Shown one piece after another: positions 21,528-33,269 of a DNA stretch of 64,000 nt. The stretch lies in the NCBI GenBank assembly GCA_964291265.2, contig OZ219747.1:768001-832000 (forward strand), read 5' to 3'. The stretch is from Alphaproteobacteria bacterium. GTDB taxonomy: Bacteria; Pseudomonadota; Alphaproteobacteria; SP197. Made by a program: the position numbers and the translations under genes. How positions within the stretch are numbered: position 1 is the first letter of the stretch; each line of letters opens with the position of its first letter. A model generated the notes under the pieces. The model worked only from the letters and a program-made list of their open reading frames with translations, did no database searches and was not told the origin of the DNA.

Positions 21528-22126
21528 TCAGGCCTGCCAGGAGGCGATGATTTTGGCGGTCGTGCCGATCTCGATCTGGTCCTCGAATCTCCGGTAGACG
21601 AGATCGAGCATCGCCCTGTGGGCGTCTTCATCGGAACTCGTGACTGCGTCTTCGGCTATGATCACGCGGTATCCCTGGTCCACACCGGTCATCACGGTGG
21701 CAAGGACGCAGACGTCCGTCTCGACGCCGGTCACAACGAGGGTCCGACAGGCCATGGCGTCGAGAAGCCTGACGAATGTGTCGCTTTCGAAGGCCGAGTA
21801 GGTGGTCTTGTCGATGACACGGGCCGGTGGAATGAAGGACCGGAACTCGCTCATGACGTGAAGCATGGCGGGATCCATCCGTGACGTGGTGACGCGCGTC
21901 CAGCGCCGGTAGTAGGTCCGCCAGGCGCCGTCGGACTCGTCCGCCGCGCGGGGCGTCATGAAACGGGTGAAGACGGTGCGGCCGCTGCGATGGGCCACGA
22001 GACGACGGATGGCGGGGGTGATGGCAGGTATGGATGGCGTGTGCCATACGGTCCTGCCTGCGAAGAGATCCTGCATGTCGACGACGACATGGACCGCATC
22101 CCGGCCAATCGGACGGATGTCCTGCA

Positions 22127-22127
<1 letters not shown>
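21528..22127 (-). CDS. Isochorismatase-family cysteine hydrolase
   Basis: VVDMQ, DKTTYSAF, GVETDVCVLAT. Confidence 0.9.
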
Positions 22128-23169
<1,042 letters not shown>

Positions 23170-23173
<4 letters not shown>

Positions 23174-23970
23174 CGCTCGCCACCGAACTTCGAGAGGCGG
23201 GCAAACAACAACAGCACCGTCATCGAGATCACGATCATGATCGTGGAGATGGCGTTGACCTCGGGCGTGAATCCCTTGCGGATGGAAGAGAAGATCTCGA
23301 CGGGGAGGACCGAAACCCCAGGCGGCGCCAGGAAGTAGGAGATGACGAACTGGTCGAACGACACGGCAAACGCGAAGAGGGCGGCAGCGACGATCCCGGG
23401 CGCCATGACGGGAAGCTGCACGCGCACCAGGGACTGGATCGGTGTGGCGCCGAGGCTGGCCGCAGCCTCTTCGAGATCCGGTCCGATGCTCGCCAGGCGG
23501 GCTCCCACAACGATGATGACATAGGGCAGCGAGAGAGCCACGTGTCCCAGGAGCATGGCGTGAAGTCCCCGGCCGATGCCCGTCCAGAAGAAGAGCACCA
23601 GCATCGAGGTGCCGATGATGAGCCAGGGTATGGTGATGGGAGGAAACAGAAGAAGCTGCAACGCCGTGCGTCCACGGAACCTGTATCGGCCGAAGGCAAG
23701 GGCCGCCATGGTTCCCAGTGTGGTGGCGATGAGCGTGTTGGCGAGCGCCACCGCGACGCTGTTGACGCTGGCTTGAAGAAGCCGTTCGTTGTCCGCCAGG
23801 TCCTCGTACCAGCGCGTCGTGAACGTGAACGGCAGGGTGTAGTGCACCGAATCGTTCAGCCCCATCGCCGTCAGCACGAGAACGGGAAGGTAGAGGAAGA
23901 GCAGGACCAGAAAGAGCCAGAATCGCCCCGCTCCCTCGCTCAACAGCACCAGCCAGCGCGCCTGGCTCAT
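23170..23970 (-). CDS. ABC transporter permease (PotC-like)
   Basis: FTTRWY, LEEAAASLGA, SFDQF. Confidence 0.9.
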
Positions 23971-24830
23971 GTCGTTCTCATGTAGTTCTTCAGAACCGGC
24001 GCCGACACGGCGAGGATGAGGAGCACGATGGCCAGCAGGATGAACGAGAGGGCGCCCCCCAGCGGCCAGTTGGAGACCACGGTGAACTGTTCCTCGATCA
24101 CCGTACCGATCACCGTTCCCTTGGGTCCGCCCAGCAGGCGCGGTTCGAAGAAGGCGCCGATGACCGGAACGAAGATCAGGATGGATCCTGCGGCAAGACC
24201 GGGAACGGCAAGCGGCAGGATGATTCTCCCCAGGATTGTCCATGATCGTGCGCCAAGGCTGCGTGCCGCCTCGAGGAGCGATTCGTCGATGGCCTGCAGG
24301 GACAGGAAGCATGTGAGAATCATGTAGGGAAGGTAGGAATGAACGAGCCCGATGATGACGGCGGCATAGGAATCCGCAAGATCGATGGTTGGCAGTCCGG
24401 GGACCGCAAGGTGCACGACGCGGTCCAGGACACCGTCGGGCCGGAGCACGATCGTCCAGGAAAAGACGCGAACGAGCGCGTTTGACCAGAACGGCAGGAC
24501 GATGAGCAGGAACAGGGCCTCACGCCAGCGCCCGCGGATACGCCGGGCCAGCCAGTAGGCGGCCGGAAAGCCGATGAGGATGCACAGGCCGGTGACGTGG
24601 AGACCCATTTCCAGTGACCGCCACATGAGATCCTGGAGATAGCCCTTGGTGAAGAAGGCCTCGTAGTGCTTCAGCGAGAACTCACTGGCCTGCCTGCCGA
24701 AGGGACCCCTTGTCCGAAAGCTGAAGTAGAGCATCGCCGACAGCGGCAGGAAGATCGTCACCGCCAGCCAGAGATAGGCAGGGCCCGTCAACCATGTGAT
24801 CGCCCAGCGCCGCCGGGTCTCGATACGCAT
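23967..24830 (-). CDS. ABC transporter permease (PotB-like)
   Basis: LPFWSNALVR, YLPYMIL, EAARSLGA, NWPLG. Confidence 0.9.
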   Translation of the reverse strand: MRIETRRRWAITWLTGPAYLWLAVTIFLPLSAMLYFSFRTRGPFGRQASEFSLKHYEAFFTKGYLQDLMWRSLEMGLHVTGLCILIGFPAAYWLARRIRGRWREALFLLIVLPFWSNALVRVFSWTIVLRPDGVLDRVVHLAVPGLPTIDLADSYAAVIIGLVHSYLPYMILTCFLSLQAIDESLLEAARSLGARSWTILGRIILPLAVPGLAAGSILIFVPVIGAFFEPRLLGGPKGTVIGTVIEEQFTVVSNWPLGGALSFILLAIVLLILAVSAPVLKNYMRTT

Positions 24831-24903
24831 GGTCAGCGGATGTGCCGGGGTGCCGGACCGCCCTCGCGGAGAACGGGACTGTCCGGAGAAACCCGGAGAT
24901 GGG

Positions 24904-25956
24904 TTAGTCGGCGTACCAGGCCTTCGTTTCCTCCCAGATCTCCAGGAAGGTCTCCCGCGTCTCGTCAGACAGCGGAGCCATGAACTGGAGATTGGCCGTG
25001 GCGGCCGGATCGCCGAGCACCTGCCGGTTGAAGGCGTCTTCGGGCAGCTGGTTCATGGCCACGCTGTTGGCCGAAGCGGGTGCCCCGACCTCGGTATCCC
25101 AGCGCACGAAGTGATCCGGACTGATCATGTAGTCGATGAACTGGAGCGCTCCTTCCGGATTGGCAGAGCCGGCGGCAAGGGAGAGACCATCGAGCCAGGC
25201 GATGGCGCCCTCCTCGGGAATGAGATAGCCGACCGGCAGCCCGAAGGCCTTGGCGCTGCGCGACGCCGAGCCCGACCAGTAGACGGCCACATCGAAGGTA
25301 TCGGCGGCGAACTCCTTGTTCCATTCGTCCTCGGATGACCAGAACGTGCGGATCTGCGGCTTGAGATCGCGCAGTTTCTGGCGGATGACCTCGAGGTCCT
25401 CCGGCGCGTTCATGTTCTGACCGGTGGCCAGTGCGGCAAGGTAGACATTCTCGACGGAATCGTCCCTGACGGCCACGTTGCCGGCATGGGCGGGATCCCA
25501 CAGGATGTCGATGGTGTTGCCGGGATCGACCTCCTCGGTGTCATAGGCGATCGAGGTCAGGCCCCACGTCCAGGCGACCCCGTAGAGGTTTCCGTCGAGC
25601 CTGAACTCCGCGGCATCCCTCAAGCCCGGCGAAAGGTCGCCGAAATGGGAGATGGCCGTGCTGTCGATGGGCTGGATGAGGTCCTCCTCGGCAGCCTGGA
25701 TGGTGAAGGCGGAGTTGATCAGCACGACATCGTAGGCGCCGGGACTGGTGCGCAGCTTGGTCAGCATTTCCTGTTCGGAATTGAAGTAGTCGTGGACCAC
25801 CGTGTGGCCCGTCGCCGCCTCGAAGGCCTCGACGCCCCAGGCTTCGTCGGTTCCGTATCCCTGCCAGTTCAGCACCCTGACTTCTCCGGCGGCCAGAGGC
25901 TGGGCTGCCAGGGCGGCGGCCAGCAAGGCAGCAACCATCACTCCTGATGTACGCAT
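24904..25956 (-). CDS. ABC transporter substrate-binding protein (PotD/PotF-like)
   Basis: Signal peptide; LNWQGY, FEAATG, IPEEGAIAWLDG. Confidence 0.9.
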   Translation of the reverse strand: MRTSGVMVAALLAAALAAQPLAAGEVRVLNWQGYGTDEAWGVEAFEAATGHTVVHDYFNSEQEMLTKLRTSPGAYDVVLINSAFTIQAAEEDLIQPIDSTAISHFGDLSPGLRDAAEFRLDGNLYGVAWTWGLTSIAYDTEEVDPGNTIDILWDPAHAGNVAVRDDSVENVYLAALATGQNMNAPEDLEVIRQKLRDLKPQIRTFWSSEDEWNKEFAADTFDVAVYWSGSASRSAKAFGLPVGYLIPEEGAIAWLDGLSLAAGSANPEGALQFIDYMISPDHFVRWDTEVGAPASANSVAMNQLPEDAFNRQVLGDPAATANLQFMAPLSDETRETFLEIWEETKAWYAD

Positions 25957-26014
25957 CGTTCTCCGTTCTCCCTGCAGACATGTTGTCGAAGGAGACGCTG
26001 TCACAGCATTCCCC

Positions 26015-26171
26015 GGCCGTCAACGCGCCGTTCCTCATTCCATGCGGGCCTGGCAGGCCCTCCAGGGCACGTGCTAGACCGGGTGAAGACAGTGAAGACG
26101 CGCCTGATGAAGCAACGCCTGCGTCCCGGGCTCTACGAGGATCTCGTGACCACATCCCTGAAGCGGGAGAT
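26015..26171 (+). repeat. Repeat A (helicase upstream region and first codons), copy 1
   Basis: Matches 30279-30436 with about 9 differences by eye. Confidence 0.9.
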
Positions 26172-29100
26172 CGAGATCCTGCGCGAGGACAGCTGGTCGG
26201 TCGAGACAGGCAGGGCCGACGACAGCCGGCTTGCAGGATTTCTGACCAGCCATGTCGCGGACCTGTTGTGCCGTGCCCTCGACGGGATGCCGGCAGAACG
26301 CCAGATCGCACTGGTGAACCGCGTGCTCGACATGCTCGGCGATCACGGGGTGCCCGACGATGCACATGTCACAGGGGCGGCAGACCTGCTGCTTGCCGTG
26401 GTCAGACGTCAGGGCCTTGAGGATTCGCCGACGGCGGCGGAACGGCCGATACGGTCCCTGCGCGACACCGGTCTTCTCGTCAACGGCCGGCGCGACGTGC
26501 AGGTCTCCGGCGAGATCGTCCGCGAGATTCCGAGCGCCGACGGCATCGATCTCCTCTGCGCCTTTGTCCGCTACTCGGGATTGCGGCTGTTTCGCCGGGA
26601 ACTCGAGGAGAGGGGTGCGGCCGGCATACCGGTGCGCGTCATCACCACGGTCTACACGGGATCGACGGAACGCCGGGCTCTCGATGCGCTTCACGATCTC
26701 GGGGCTCGCGTGAAGGTTTCGTATGATGTCGACCGCACCCGCCTCCATGCCAAGGCATGGCTCTTCCGCAGGGAGAGCGGTCTTGATACCGCCTACATCG
26801 GATCCTCGAACCTCACGCACACGGCCCAGGTGGACGGCCTCGAATGGAACGTACGGCTCAGTGCTGCCCGGAATCCGGAGGTGATCGGACAGTTCCGGGC
26901 GACCTTCGAGCAGTACTGGGAAGAGTCCGAGTTCGAGCCCTATGATCCGGAACGCGACGGCAGTCGTCTCGATGGCGCACTCAGGAATCAGCGCGGCCAT
27001 GCACCGGGGATCACGCTCCCCATCGATGCCGTCGCCAAACCGCACCAGGAAGAGGTTCTCGAAGCTCTTGAAAGCGAAAGAAGACGGGGTCATCAGCGCA
27101 ACCTCGTGGTCGCCGCCACGGGAACGGGAAAGACATGGGTCGCTGCCTTCGATTTCCGCCGGCTGCGCCGGAACCACCAGGTTCGCTCCCTCTTGTTCGT
27201 CGCCCATCGCAAGGAAATTCTTGAGCAGAGTCAGAGGGTTTTCCAGATCGTTCTGCGTGATCCCTCGTTTGGCGAGCGGCTGGTTGCCGGTGAGCGTCCG
27301 CGGCAGGGACGGCACGTCTTTGCCTCGGTGCAGTCCCTGCATAATCGGGTTGACGGCATCGATCCGTCAGGATTCGATGTCGTCATCATCGACGAGTTCC
27401 ATCACGCTGCGGCCAGCAGCTACGAGCGCCTGCTCAACCGTTTGCGGCCTCGGTTTCTCCTGGGTCTCACGGCTACCCCGGAACGGACCGACGGCCAGTC
27501 CATCCTCGGCTGGTTTGATGGCCGCATTGCCTCCGAATCCCGGCTCTGGGACGCCCTCGACCAGGGACTCCTGTGCCCCTTCCACTATTTCGGGATCAAC
27601 GACGGTACGGACCTCACGAATGTGCGCTTCCGGCAGGGACGCTATATGGCAGGCGATCTCGACAGGCTCTTCACGGGTGATCATGCGAGGGTGCGCCGGA
27701 TCATTCAGGCCGTCGGCGACCATGTTCCCGACCCGCAGGGGATGCGCGCCCTGGGCTTTTGCGCTGGTGTGAGCCATGCGCACTTCATGGCGGATGAGTT
27801 CTCCCGTTCGGGACTGAACGCCGCGGCTCTCGACAATGCGACACCGCATGCGGAGCGCACCAGGGCGCTCTCCAGCCTGCGCACCGGTGACCTCCATATC
27901 ATCTTCACCGTCGATCTCTTCAACGAGGGTGTCGATATCCGCGAAGTCGACACCATTCTCATGCTGCGTCCGACCGAGAGCGCCACGGTCTTTCTTCAGC
28001 AGCTGGGCCGAGGGTTGCGTTGGGCCGAGGGCAAGCAGGTGCTGACCGTTCTCGATTTCGTCGGTCAGGCCCGCCGCGAGTACCGCTTCGACATGCGCTA
28101 CCAGGCCCTCGTCGGCGGCACCAGGCAGCAGGTCAGGAAGGCTGTCGAAGAGAATTTTCCCTATCTTCCGCCCGGATGCGCGCTCAGGCTGGACCGTATC
28201 GCCAGGCAGACCGTGCTCGACAACCTGAGCCGCGCCCTGGGTGCAGCGCGCCACCATCTCGTGGAGCGCCTGCGTACCCTTGGTCCCTCGACCCGGCTTG
28301 GCACCTTCGTCAACGATGGGGACGCCGAACTCCTCGACATTTACCGACGACCCTCCGCCGACCATTGCTTCAACGAGCTTCGCGAGCGGGCGGGTTTCGC
28401 ATCGCCATCCTCGAAGGGACCGTTCCCGAAGGCGTTGGGCCGCATGCTTCACGTGAACGATCGCGAACGGTTCGAGACCTGGCGCGCCGTCCTGACGACG
28501 GACGAGTCCGTGGAACATCTTCCTCTTCGAAGGCGGCGCCTTGCGTGGATGTTCTTCGGCCTGCTTGCCGGTTCGAGGCCGCTCGGCGATGCCGATGAGG
28601 TCCTTTCGGCCGTCCGTGCCCGGCCCGAGGCGCGTGACGAGCTGATCGATCTCCTCGACATTCTCGAGGACCGCACCCGCACCCTTGCTCGACCGCTCGA
28701 AGACGGCGAAGCCAACCCACTGGCCAGCCATGCCACCTATTCGCTTGTGGAGATCACCGCCGCCTATGGCCTGACCGACGCCAGGAGGATCCTCAAGCGA
28801 CCACGCGAAGGCGTTCTCCGGGACAAGACGACAGGGACGGACCTGCTGTTCATCACCCTCGAGAAGTCGGAGAAGGACTATGCCCCTTCGGTCCGCTATG
28901 CCGACTACCCGATCTCGCCGCACCTTTTTCACTGGGAGACACAGAACACGACATCGCCGGATTCCCGCACCGGGCAGCGGTACATCGCGGGGACGGGGAA
29001 GGTTCTCCTCTTCGTGCGCGAACGCAAGCGCGATGACAGGAACGAGACCCGGCCCTATCACTGTCTCGGATACGCCAGCTGCCGGCGCCACGAGTCTTCG

Positions 29101-29181
29101 CGGCCGATGAAGATCGTCTGGGAACTCGAGCGCATGATGCCGGGATGGCTCTATCAGGCCGGCAAGGTGGTTGCCGGTTGA
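26107..29181 (+). CDS. PLD nuclease - SF2 helicase - DUF3427 protein (SauUSI-like type IV restriction endonuclease)
   Basis: RLHAKAW and IGSSNLT (PLD); ATGTGKT, DEFHH, GLTATPER, FNEGVD, QQLGRGLR (SF2); LFITLEK, LFHWETQ, LLFVR (DUF3427). Confidence 0.88.
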   Translation: MKQRLRPGLYEDLVTTSLKREIEILREDSWSVETGRADDSRLAGFLTSHVADLLCRALDGMPAERQIALVNRVLDMLGDHGVPDDAHVTGAADLLLAVVRRQGLEDSPTAAERPIRSLRDTGLLVNGRRDVQVSGEIVREIPSADGIDLLCAFVRYSGLRLFRRELEERGAAGIPVRVITTVYTGSTERRALDALHDLGARVKVSYDVDRTRLHAKAWLFRRESGLDTAYIGSSNLTHTAQVDGLEWNVRLSAARNPEVIGQFRATFEQYWEESEFEPYDPERDGSRLDGALRNQRGHAPGITLPIDAVAKPHQEEVLEALESERRRGHQRNLVVAATGTGKTWVAAFDFRRLRRNHQVRSLLFVAHRKEILEQSQRVFQIVLRDPSFGERLVAGERPRQGRHVFASVQSLHNRVDGIDPSGFDVVIIDEFHHAAASSYERLLNRLRPRFLLGLTATPERTDGQSILGWFDGRIASESRLWDALDQGLLCPFHYFGINDGTDLTNVRFRQGRYMAGDLDRLFTGDHARVRRIIQAVGDHVPDPQGMRALGFCAGVSHAHFMADEFSRSGLNAAALDNATPHAERTRALSSLRTGDLHIIFTVDLFNEGVDIREVDTILMLRPTESATVFLQQLGRGLRWAEGKQVLTVLDFVGQARREYRFDMRYQALVGGTRQQVRKAVEENFPYLPPGCALRLDRIARQTVLDNLSRALGAARHHLVERLRTLGPSTRLGTFVNDGDAELLDIYRRPSADHCFNELRERAGFASPSSKGPFPKALGRMLHVNDRERFETWRAVLTTDESVEHLPLRRRRLAWMFFGLLAGSRPLGDADEVLSAVRARPEARDELIDLLDILEDRTRTLARPLEDGEANPLASHATYSLVEITAAYGLTDARRILKRPREGVLRDKTTGTDLLFITLEKSEKDYAPSVRYADYPISPHLFHWETQNTTSPDSRTGQRYIAGTGKVLLFVRERKRDDRNETRPYHCLGYASCRRHESSRPMKIVWELERMMPGWLYQAGKVVAG

Positions 29182-29185
29182 CGAA

Positions 29186-29806
29186 TCACGCGAGACCGGG
29201 CACCAGATTCATGTAGACGACGCGCCACGTGGCCTCGTGGTCGGGTGTCGGCGTGTAGTGATCGATGCGGGTGACGGAGAGGTTCTCGGAGGCGAACATC
29301 AGCGATCCCTCGGGATCGAGTCCGAGAGCCAGGCCCAGGGCTGCGCGAATGGTGCCGCCGTGGGCGACTGCAATGATGTCCCTGCCGGCCCATTCCACGG
29401 TCAGCCGGCGGATCACCGGGGTCACGCGATCACAGAGGTCGGCGAAGCTCTCGCCATTGGGTGGCGTCGTGGTGGCCGGAGCAAGCCAGAAGCGATGGGC
29501 CGGCGCCGAGGCGCCGAGTTCGTCGTACCTCTTGCCGTGCCAGTCGCCGAAGTCCTGTTCACCAAGATCGGTTTCAACCTCGGGGCTGATCGTCCTCCTG
29601 CCGGCCGCGGCGATGCTCCGGGCCGTCTGTCGGGTGCGCCGGAGATGGCTCGTCACCCAGCGCGCCTCCTGCGGCAGCAGGGCCGCGAGAGCAAGGAAGC
29701 TCTCGAGGTCGCCGGTATCCGCGTTGGGATCGGTGGCGCCGTAGATTCGCCCGTCCGTTTCGGTGACCGGCGCATGGCGCACCCACCACCAGCGTGTCGG
29801 GGTCAT
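29186..29806 (-). CDS. cobC: Histidine phosphatase (CobC-like), duplicate copy
   Basis: WVRHAP, LGEQDFGDW, PPNGES, VAHGGTIR; adjacent to cobS. Confidence 0.8.
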   Translation of the reverse strand: MTPTRWWWVRHAPVTETDGRIYGATDPNADTGDLESFLALAALLPQEARWVTSHLRRTRQTARSIAAAGRRTISPEVETDLGEQDFGDWHGKRYDELGASAPAHRFWLAPATTTPPNGESFADLCDRVTPVIRRLTVEWAGRDIIAVAHGGTIRAALGLALGLDPEGSLMFASENLSVTRIDHYTPTPDHEATWRVVYMNLVPGLA

Positions 29807-30285
29807 GTCATGGCCACGGCGCCGGCCAGGACGCCGATTTCCGAGGCCTGCTGGATGGCGCCCAGAACGTCGCCGGTCTTGCCCCCCAGGACCGTCATGG
29901 CCAGCCAGCCCACCACGCATGCAGCGATGCCGCCGCCGGCCAGGGCCGCGATCCACGCCCAGGGAAAGGGGAGCACGAGGGCAAGGGCGGCGCCGACGAG
30001 GAGAGCGATGAGGACCTGGTCGAACTCCGGCTGGCCCGCCCCGGCCGCCATTCCCTCCTTCCTGGCATCCGGCATCATGCGCATCGCCACCACCATGGAG
30101 ACCCGCGAGAGGGCGGCGGCGGCGATCAGCGCCGCCAGGACGTCCATGGTGTTCTCGATGTCCGCCACGGCGGCGATGCGGGCGCCGATGGCGATGATGA
30201 GGGCCATGGCGCCGAAAGCGCCGATACGGCTGTCGCGCATGACGGCAAGCCGCCCCTCCCGGTCCCTGTGCGCGCCGAGGCCGTC
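29803..30285 (-). pseudogene. cobS: 5'-truncated cobS duplicate
   Basis: Same as C-terminal part of 35643-36404 from DGLGAHRDRE onward; N-terminus replaced by repeat A'. Confidence 0.88.
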
Positions 30286-30443
30286 AACGCGCCGTTCCTC
30301 ATTCCATGCGGGCCTCAGCAGGCCCTCCAGTGCACGTGATAGACCGGATGAAGACAGCGAAGGCACGCCTGATGAAGCAACGCCTGCGTCCCGGGCTCTA
30401 CGAGGATCTCGTGACCACATCCCTCAAGCGGGAGATTTCATGA
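30279..30443 (+). pseudogene. Repeat A', containing a 23-codon stub of the helicase gene
   Basis: MKQRLRPGLYEDLVTTSLKREIS* at 30372-30443 matches the helicase N-terminus. Confidence 0.88.
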
Positions 30444-30492
30444 GGCTATGCCTCGGACCGACGAGAGGCATCGCGTGAGAATGAGGACTTGA

Positions 30493-30604
30493 GCCTGACC
30501 AGCGCCGCTCCTGGCCATCAAGTCGGCTCCCGGGCCGGACAGCGGCAGGCCTTGCAACACATTCGGGCCCGCGACGTCACGTTGCAGTTGCCATTGCTCG
30601 GCAG
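30493..30604 (+). mobile_element. Degenerate right end of the IS4/DUF4338 element
   Basis: 112 bp colinear with 5788-5899, ending exactly at the TIR ...CTCGGCAG. Confidence 0.85.
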
Positions 30605-30810
30605 GTCCAATCAAAACCCCACCGACCGCACAGACAAACACGCAGCGTGGGACGGTCCTGCCCTCACCGAAGATCGCCGATCAGGGATATACTTGACGGA
30701 TGCCGAACCGAGAGCGAGGATTTGCGGTACCGCAACCTGATGCGGCGGGGATTCAGCGGGTGCGTACATGCGTGCCGTGGGTTTCATTGAAACATGGAGC
30801 AAAAACACAC

Positions 30811-31278
30811 ATGCAAGGCAATTCGAGCCCGAGGCTGACACTCTCCGTCTGGAAGGATTTCGTTCCCCCGCGCATCCTCGCCTTGCCTGATGAAGAGGGC
30901 GGGCGATTCCTGGATTCGAAGTCTGATTTGCAGGAAGAGATTTACTCTTGGCGACCACACGAGGATGTGTTCGCCGGAATCTCCGACAACAACATTCGAC
31001 TGGCGTTGCATCGTCAACTGATCGAAAGACTGGATGTTTCGAAATCACCGGGCGAAAGGCGCATGACGGCGCTCGAAGATTTCGTCACCGCAGCTGAAGA
31101 TGCCATAGTCTCTGGTGCTGTGGCCAGTGTACCGAGCGAGAGCGAGTCCGATGATGATTTCACTGGCGACAAGCAAATCCGGATTGACATCAATCCCTTG
31201 CTCGCGCTGACGTTACATTTGAGATGGCTTCTGTCATGCTTCGGAAATCGGCCTGGGATATCGGTATCGGTGCGATGA
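30811..31278 (+). CDS. Hypothetical protein, gene 1 of three-gene cassette
   Basis: GGAG upstream of ATG 30811; stop overlaps next ATG (ATGA). Confidence 0.7.
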   Translation: MQGNSSPRLTLSVWKDFVPPRILALPDEEGGRFLDSKSDLQEEIYSWRPHEDVFAGISDNNIRLALHRQLIERLDVSKSPGERRMTALEDFVTAAEDAIVSGAVASVPSESESDDDFTGDKQIRIDINPLLALTLHLRWLLSCFGNRPGISVSVR

Positions 31279-33269
31279 GCGCGCCCGTCCTGCTGTCGCC
31301 ATCCCAAGCTGAACCAGAGGTGGCGGAGGTTTTCGCAACCGGAAGCACGTGTGTTCTCTCCGTCAGTGAGGAACGCGCCTTTGACGGTGGGGATCTTCCT
31401 CTCGGCACCGTCTCGCTTCTGGCTGCAGTGTCCGAGGTCTCGACCTTGCCCAGGCTGATACGACGGGGAGCGTTTGAATGGCGGTTACCAAGTCTTGACG
31501 AGGCTGCTGATCAGGTTTCCAGGCTTTTGCATAGCGAGACAGACGATATGCGTCGGATGCATAGAGTGCTCGACGAGGTCGCGTCGATTGCCACCCGCGT
31601 GGGCCTCATCCATCCACGATTCGACCCCGTTGCTATCGAGCAAATGCCCTTTCGCCGGTCGACCACTATTGTGACAGACACATCGGGCGTACTTCAGGGT
31701 GCCCTCGATTTCGCCGCCCGCTTCTTGCATCCTGCCGCCCGCGTGAAGGTTCCTGCGATTGCGCAAATGGAGATCGCCAATCTCGCTGATCGCTTCCTGC
31801 GAATTCGCAGGGCAGCCAAAAGGAAGCGGCTCAGGGAACTGACGGAACATCTGACCAGCCAGGGTGGACAACGCGCCCTGTTGAGGATTGAGCTTCACAC
31901 CGACACCGAAGTCGAGCGAACTTACCTGCTCGGGGATCCGCTCCGCTCAGCATTCGAGAAGGATTCGGACCGCGACCTGAGGGATCTGGACATCAACTCA
32001 CCTATCAGATCCTACGCCGACCGCTTGATACTGGAAGCTGCACGACACCATCAAGCCCAATCGGGACCGGCGCATGCGGTTCACCTGCTGACTGGCGATC
32101 AAGGGCTGGCGCGCATGGCGTTGACCGAGGGCATTCGCCCGCTGTACTTCACTGCGACGAGTGCACGCGACGTGTTCGACCAGCGGCTGACCGGCAGGAT
32201 GTTCCATCCTTTCTCGGGAACAATCCGGCATGTGCCGTTGAACGCGCTGCTTTGGGAACTGGCCACCGCCTTCGGTTCGGCGCGCCTCACAGGGAACAGT
32301 GGGGAGTTCTTTGAGGTTTGCGCATTGGGTGAGCACTTGTCATGGGCTCCCTACCATGCCGAGCAGGATCTTCTCTGGTGCATCCGGGGGCCTCGGGCAT
32401 CTGGACGTCCGAACAACAGCAATGCCTCTGAAGCGACATCCGGGCGAATGTCTTCTCGAAGCCGGATGCAAGATTCGTCTTCCCCCTCTCCTGCCCGGCA
32501 AAATGCGGGTTTCCTCACATTCAACGTTGAGCGCATGTTCCAACTGATTTGCGCATTGGACGACCGTCAGGAGATGCACCATGATCAAGTGGAAGAAATT
32601 CTGCGATCCAAAGGCAAGGAGTACCGCCGATTTCTGAGTTCGGGTGGGCTGATCGACATCACCGACGGTGCCTGGAAGGCGAGCGAGCGTTTGTGCCGCC
32701 TTTCCTCCGCCCTGAGGAACGAACGCATCGAGGATGTGTGTGAGCTTCTTCTTGCCGTTCCGTCATTCGCTGCCTTTGCGAAAATCCTGGAGAGTCTGAG
32801 CACGGGAACGGCCATGGATACGGCTAGCCTGGGACGTAGGTTGAGAACCTACCGCAGCCTGGGTGAAATCACCTTGCTGTGTGCAGCGGTGGCCGGCGAG
32901 ATCTATGCCACACCGAATGTTCCAGACGCCGTGGCTTTCTCGAAGATTGCTTTGCGTTGTTTTTCCTCGCTTGATCGGGAAGGTCAGGGCCTGGTGGCCA
33001 CTGGCGAGTGGCTGGAATCGCTGATCCGCGACGAAGGAATCCATCCCGAAGTTGCGAGGCGGCTGCTTGAGGAGGCCAGCGAAACAGGCCTGCTCGGACG
33101 TTCAACCGAGGGGTCGACGACGCAGCTTCGTTTTGAGAAGCGTACAGTCGATGTGCTGCGGACCGAGTCCGGGCGGCCGGTCGTCAAGCGTGTCTACTTG
33201 TATCGGGGAGACTACCTGATTCCTGGAAAGGCAAGCGTGAGCTTGCGCATCAAGGGTCAACGGACATGA
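31275..33269 (+). CDS. PIN-domain-containing protein (~664 aa), gene 2 of cassette
   Basis: IVTDTS, VPAIAQMEI, YADRLILE, LLTGDQGLARMALTEGI give PIN acidic tetrad spacing; long unassigned N- and C-terminal regions. Confidence 0.72.
   Translation: MSAPVLLSPSQAEPEVAEVFATGSTCVLSVSEERAFDGGDLPLGTVSLLAAVSEVSTLPRLIRRGAFEWRLPSLDEAADQVSRLLHSETDDMRRMHRVLDEVASIATRVGLIHPRFDPVAIEQMPFRRSTTIVTDTSGVLQGALDFAARFLHPAARVKVPAIAQMEIANLADRFLRIRRAAKRKRLRELTEHLTSQGGQRALLRIELHTDTEVERTYLLGDPLRSAFEKDSDRDLRDLDINSPIRSYADRLILEAARHHQAQSGPAHAVHLLTGDQGLARMALTEGIRPLYFTATSARDVFDQRLTGRMFHPFSGTIRHVPLNALLWELATAFGSARLTGNSGEFFEVCALGEHLSWAPYHAEQDLLWCIRGPRASGRPNNSNASEATSGRMSSRSRMQDSSSPSPARQNAGFLTFNVERMFQLICALDDRQEMHHDQVEEILRSKGKEYRRFLSSGGLIDITDGAWKASERLCRLSSALRNERIEDVCELLLAVPSFAAFAKILESLSTGTAMDTASLGRRLRTYRSLGEITLLCAAVAGEIYATPNVPDAVAFSKIALRCFSSLDREGQGLVATGEWLESLIRDEGIHPEVARRLLEEASETGLLGRSTEGSTTQLRFEKRTVDVLRTESGRPVVKRVYLYRGDYLIPGKASVSLRIKGQRT

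Larger units (their letters stand above)
29160..30285 (+). repeat. Repeat B (helicase 3' end + cobC + 3' part of cobS), copy 1
   Basis: Near-identical to 34996-36125 (a few SNPs, one 4-bp indel). Confidence 0.95.

Noticed and set aside
29803-30420. 205-aa ORF as a novel CobS variant
   Set aside because: Chimera created by the junction; its N-terminus is antisense repeat A' and it lacks the LHEDG motif
26015-30436. A/A' repeat pair as DGR template and variable repeat
   Set aside because: Differences are not adenine-specific and no reverse transcriptase is present
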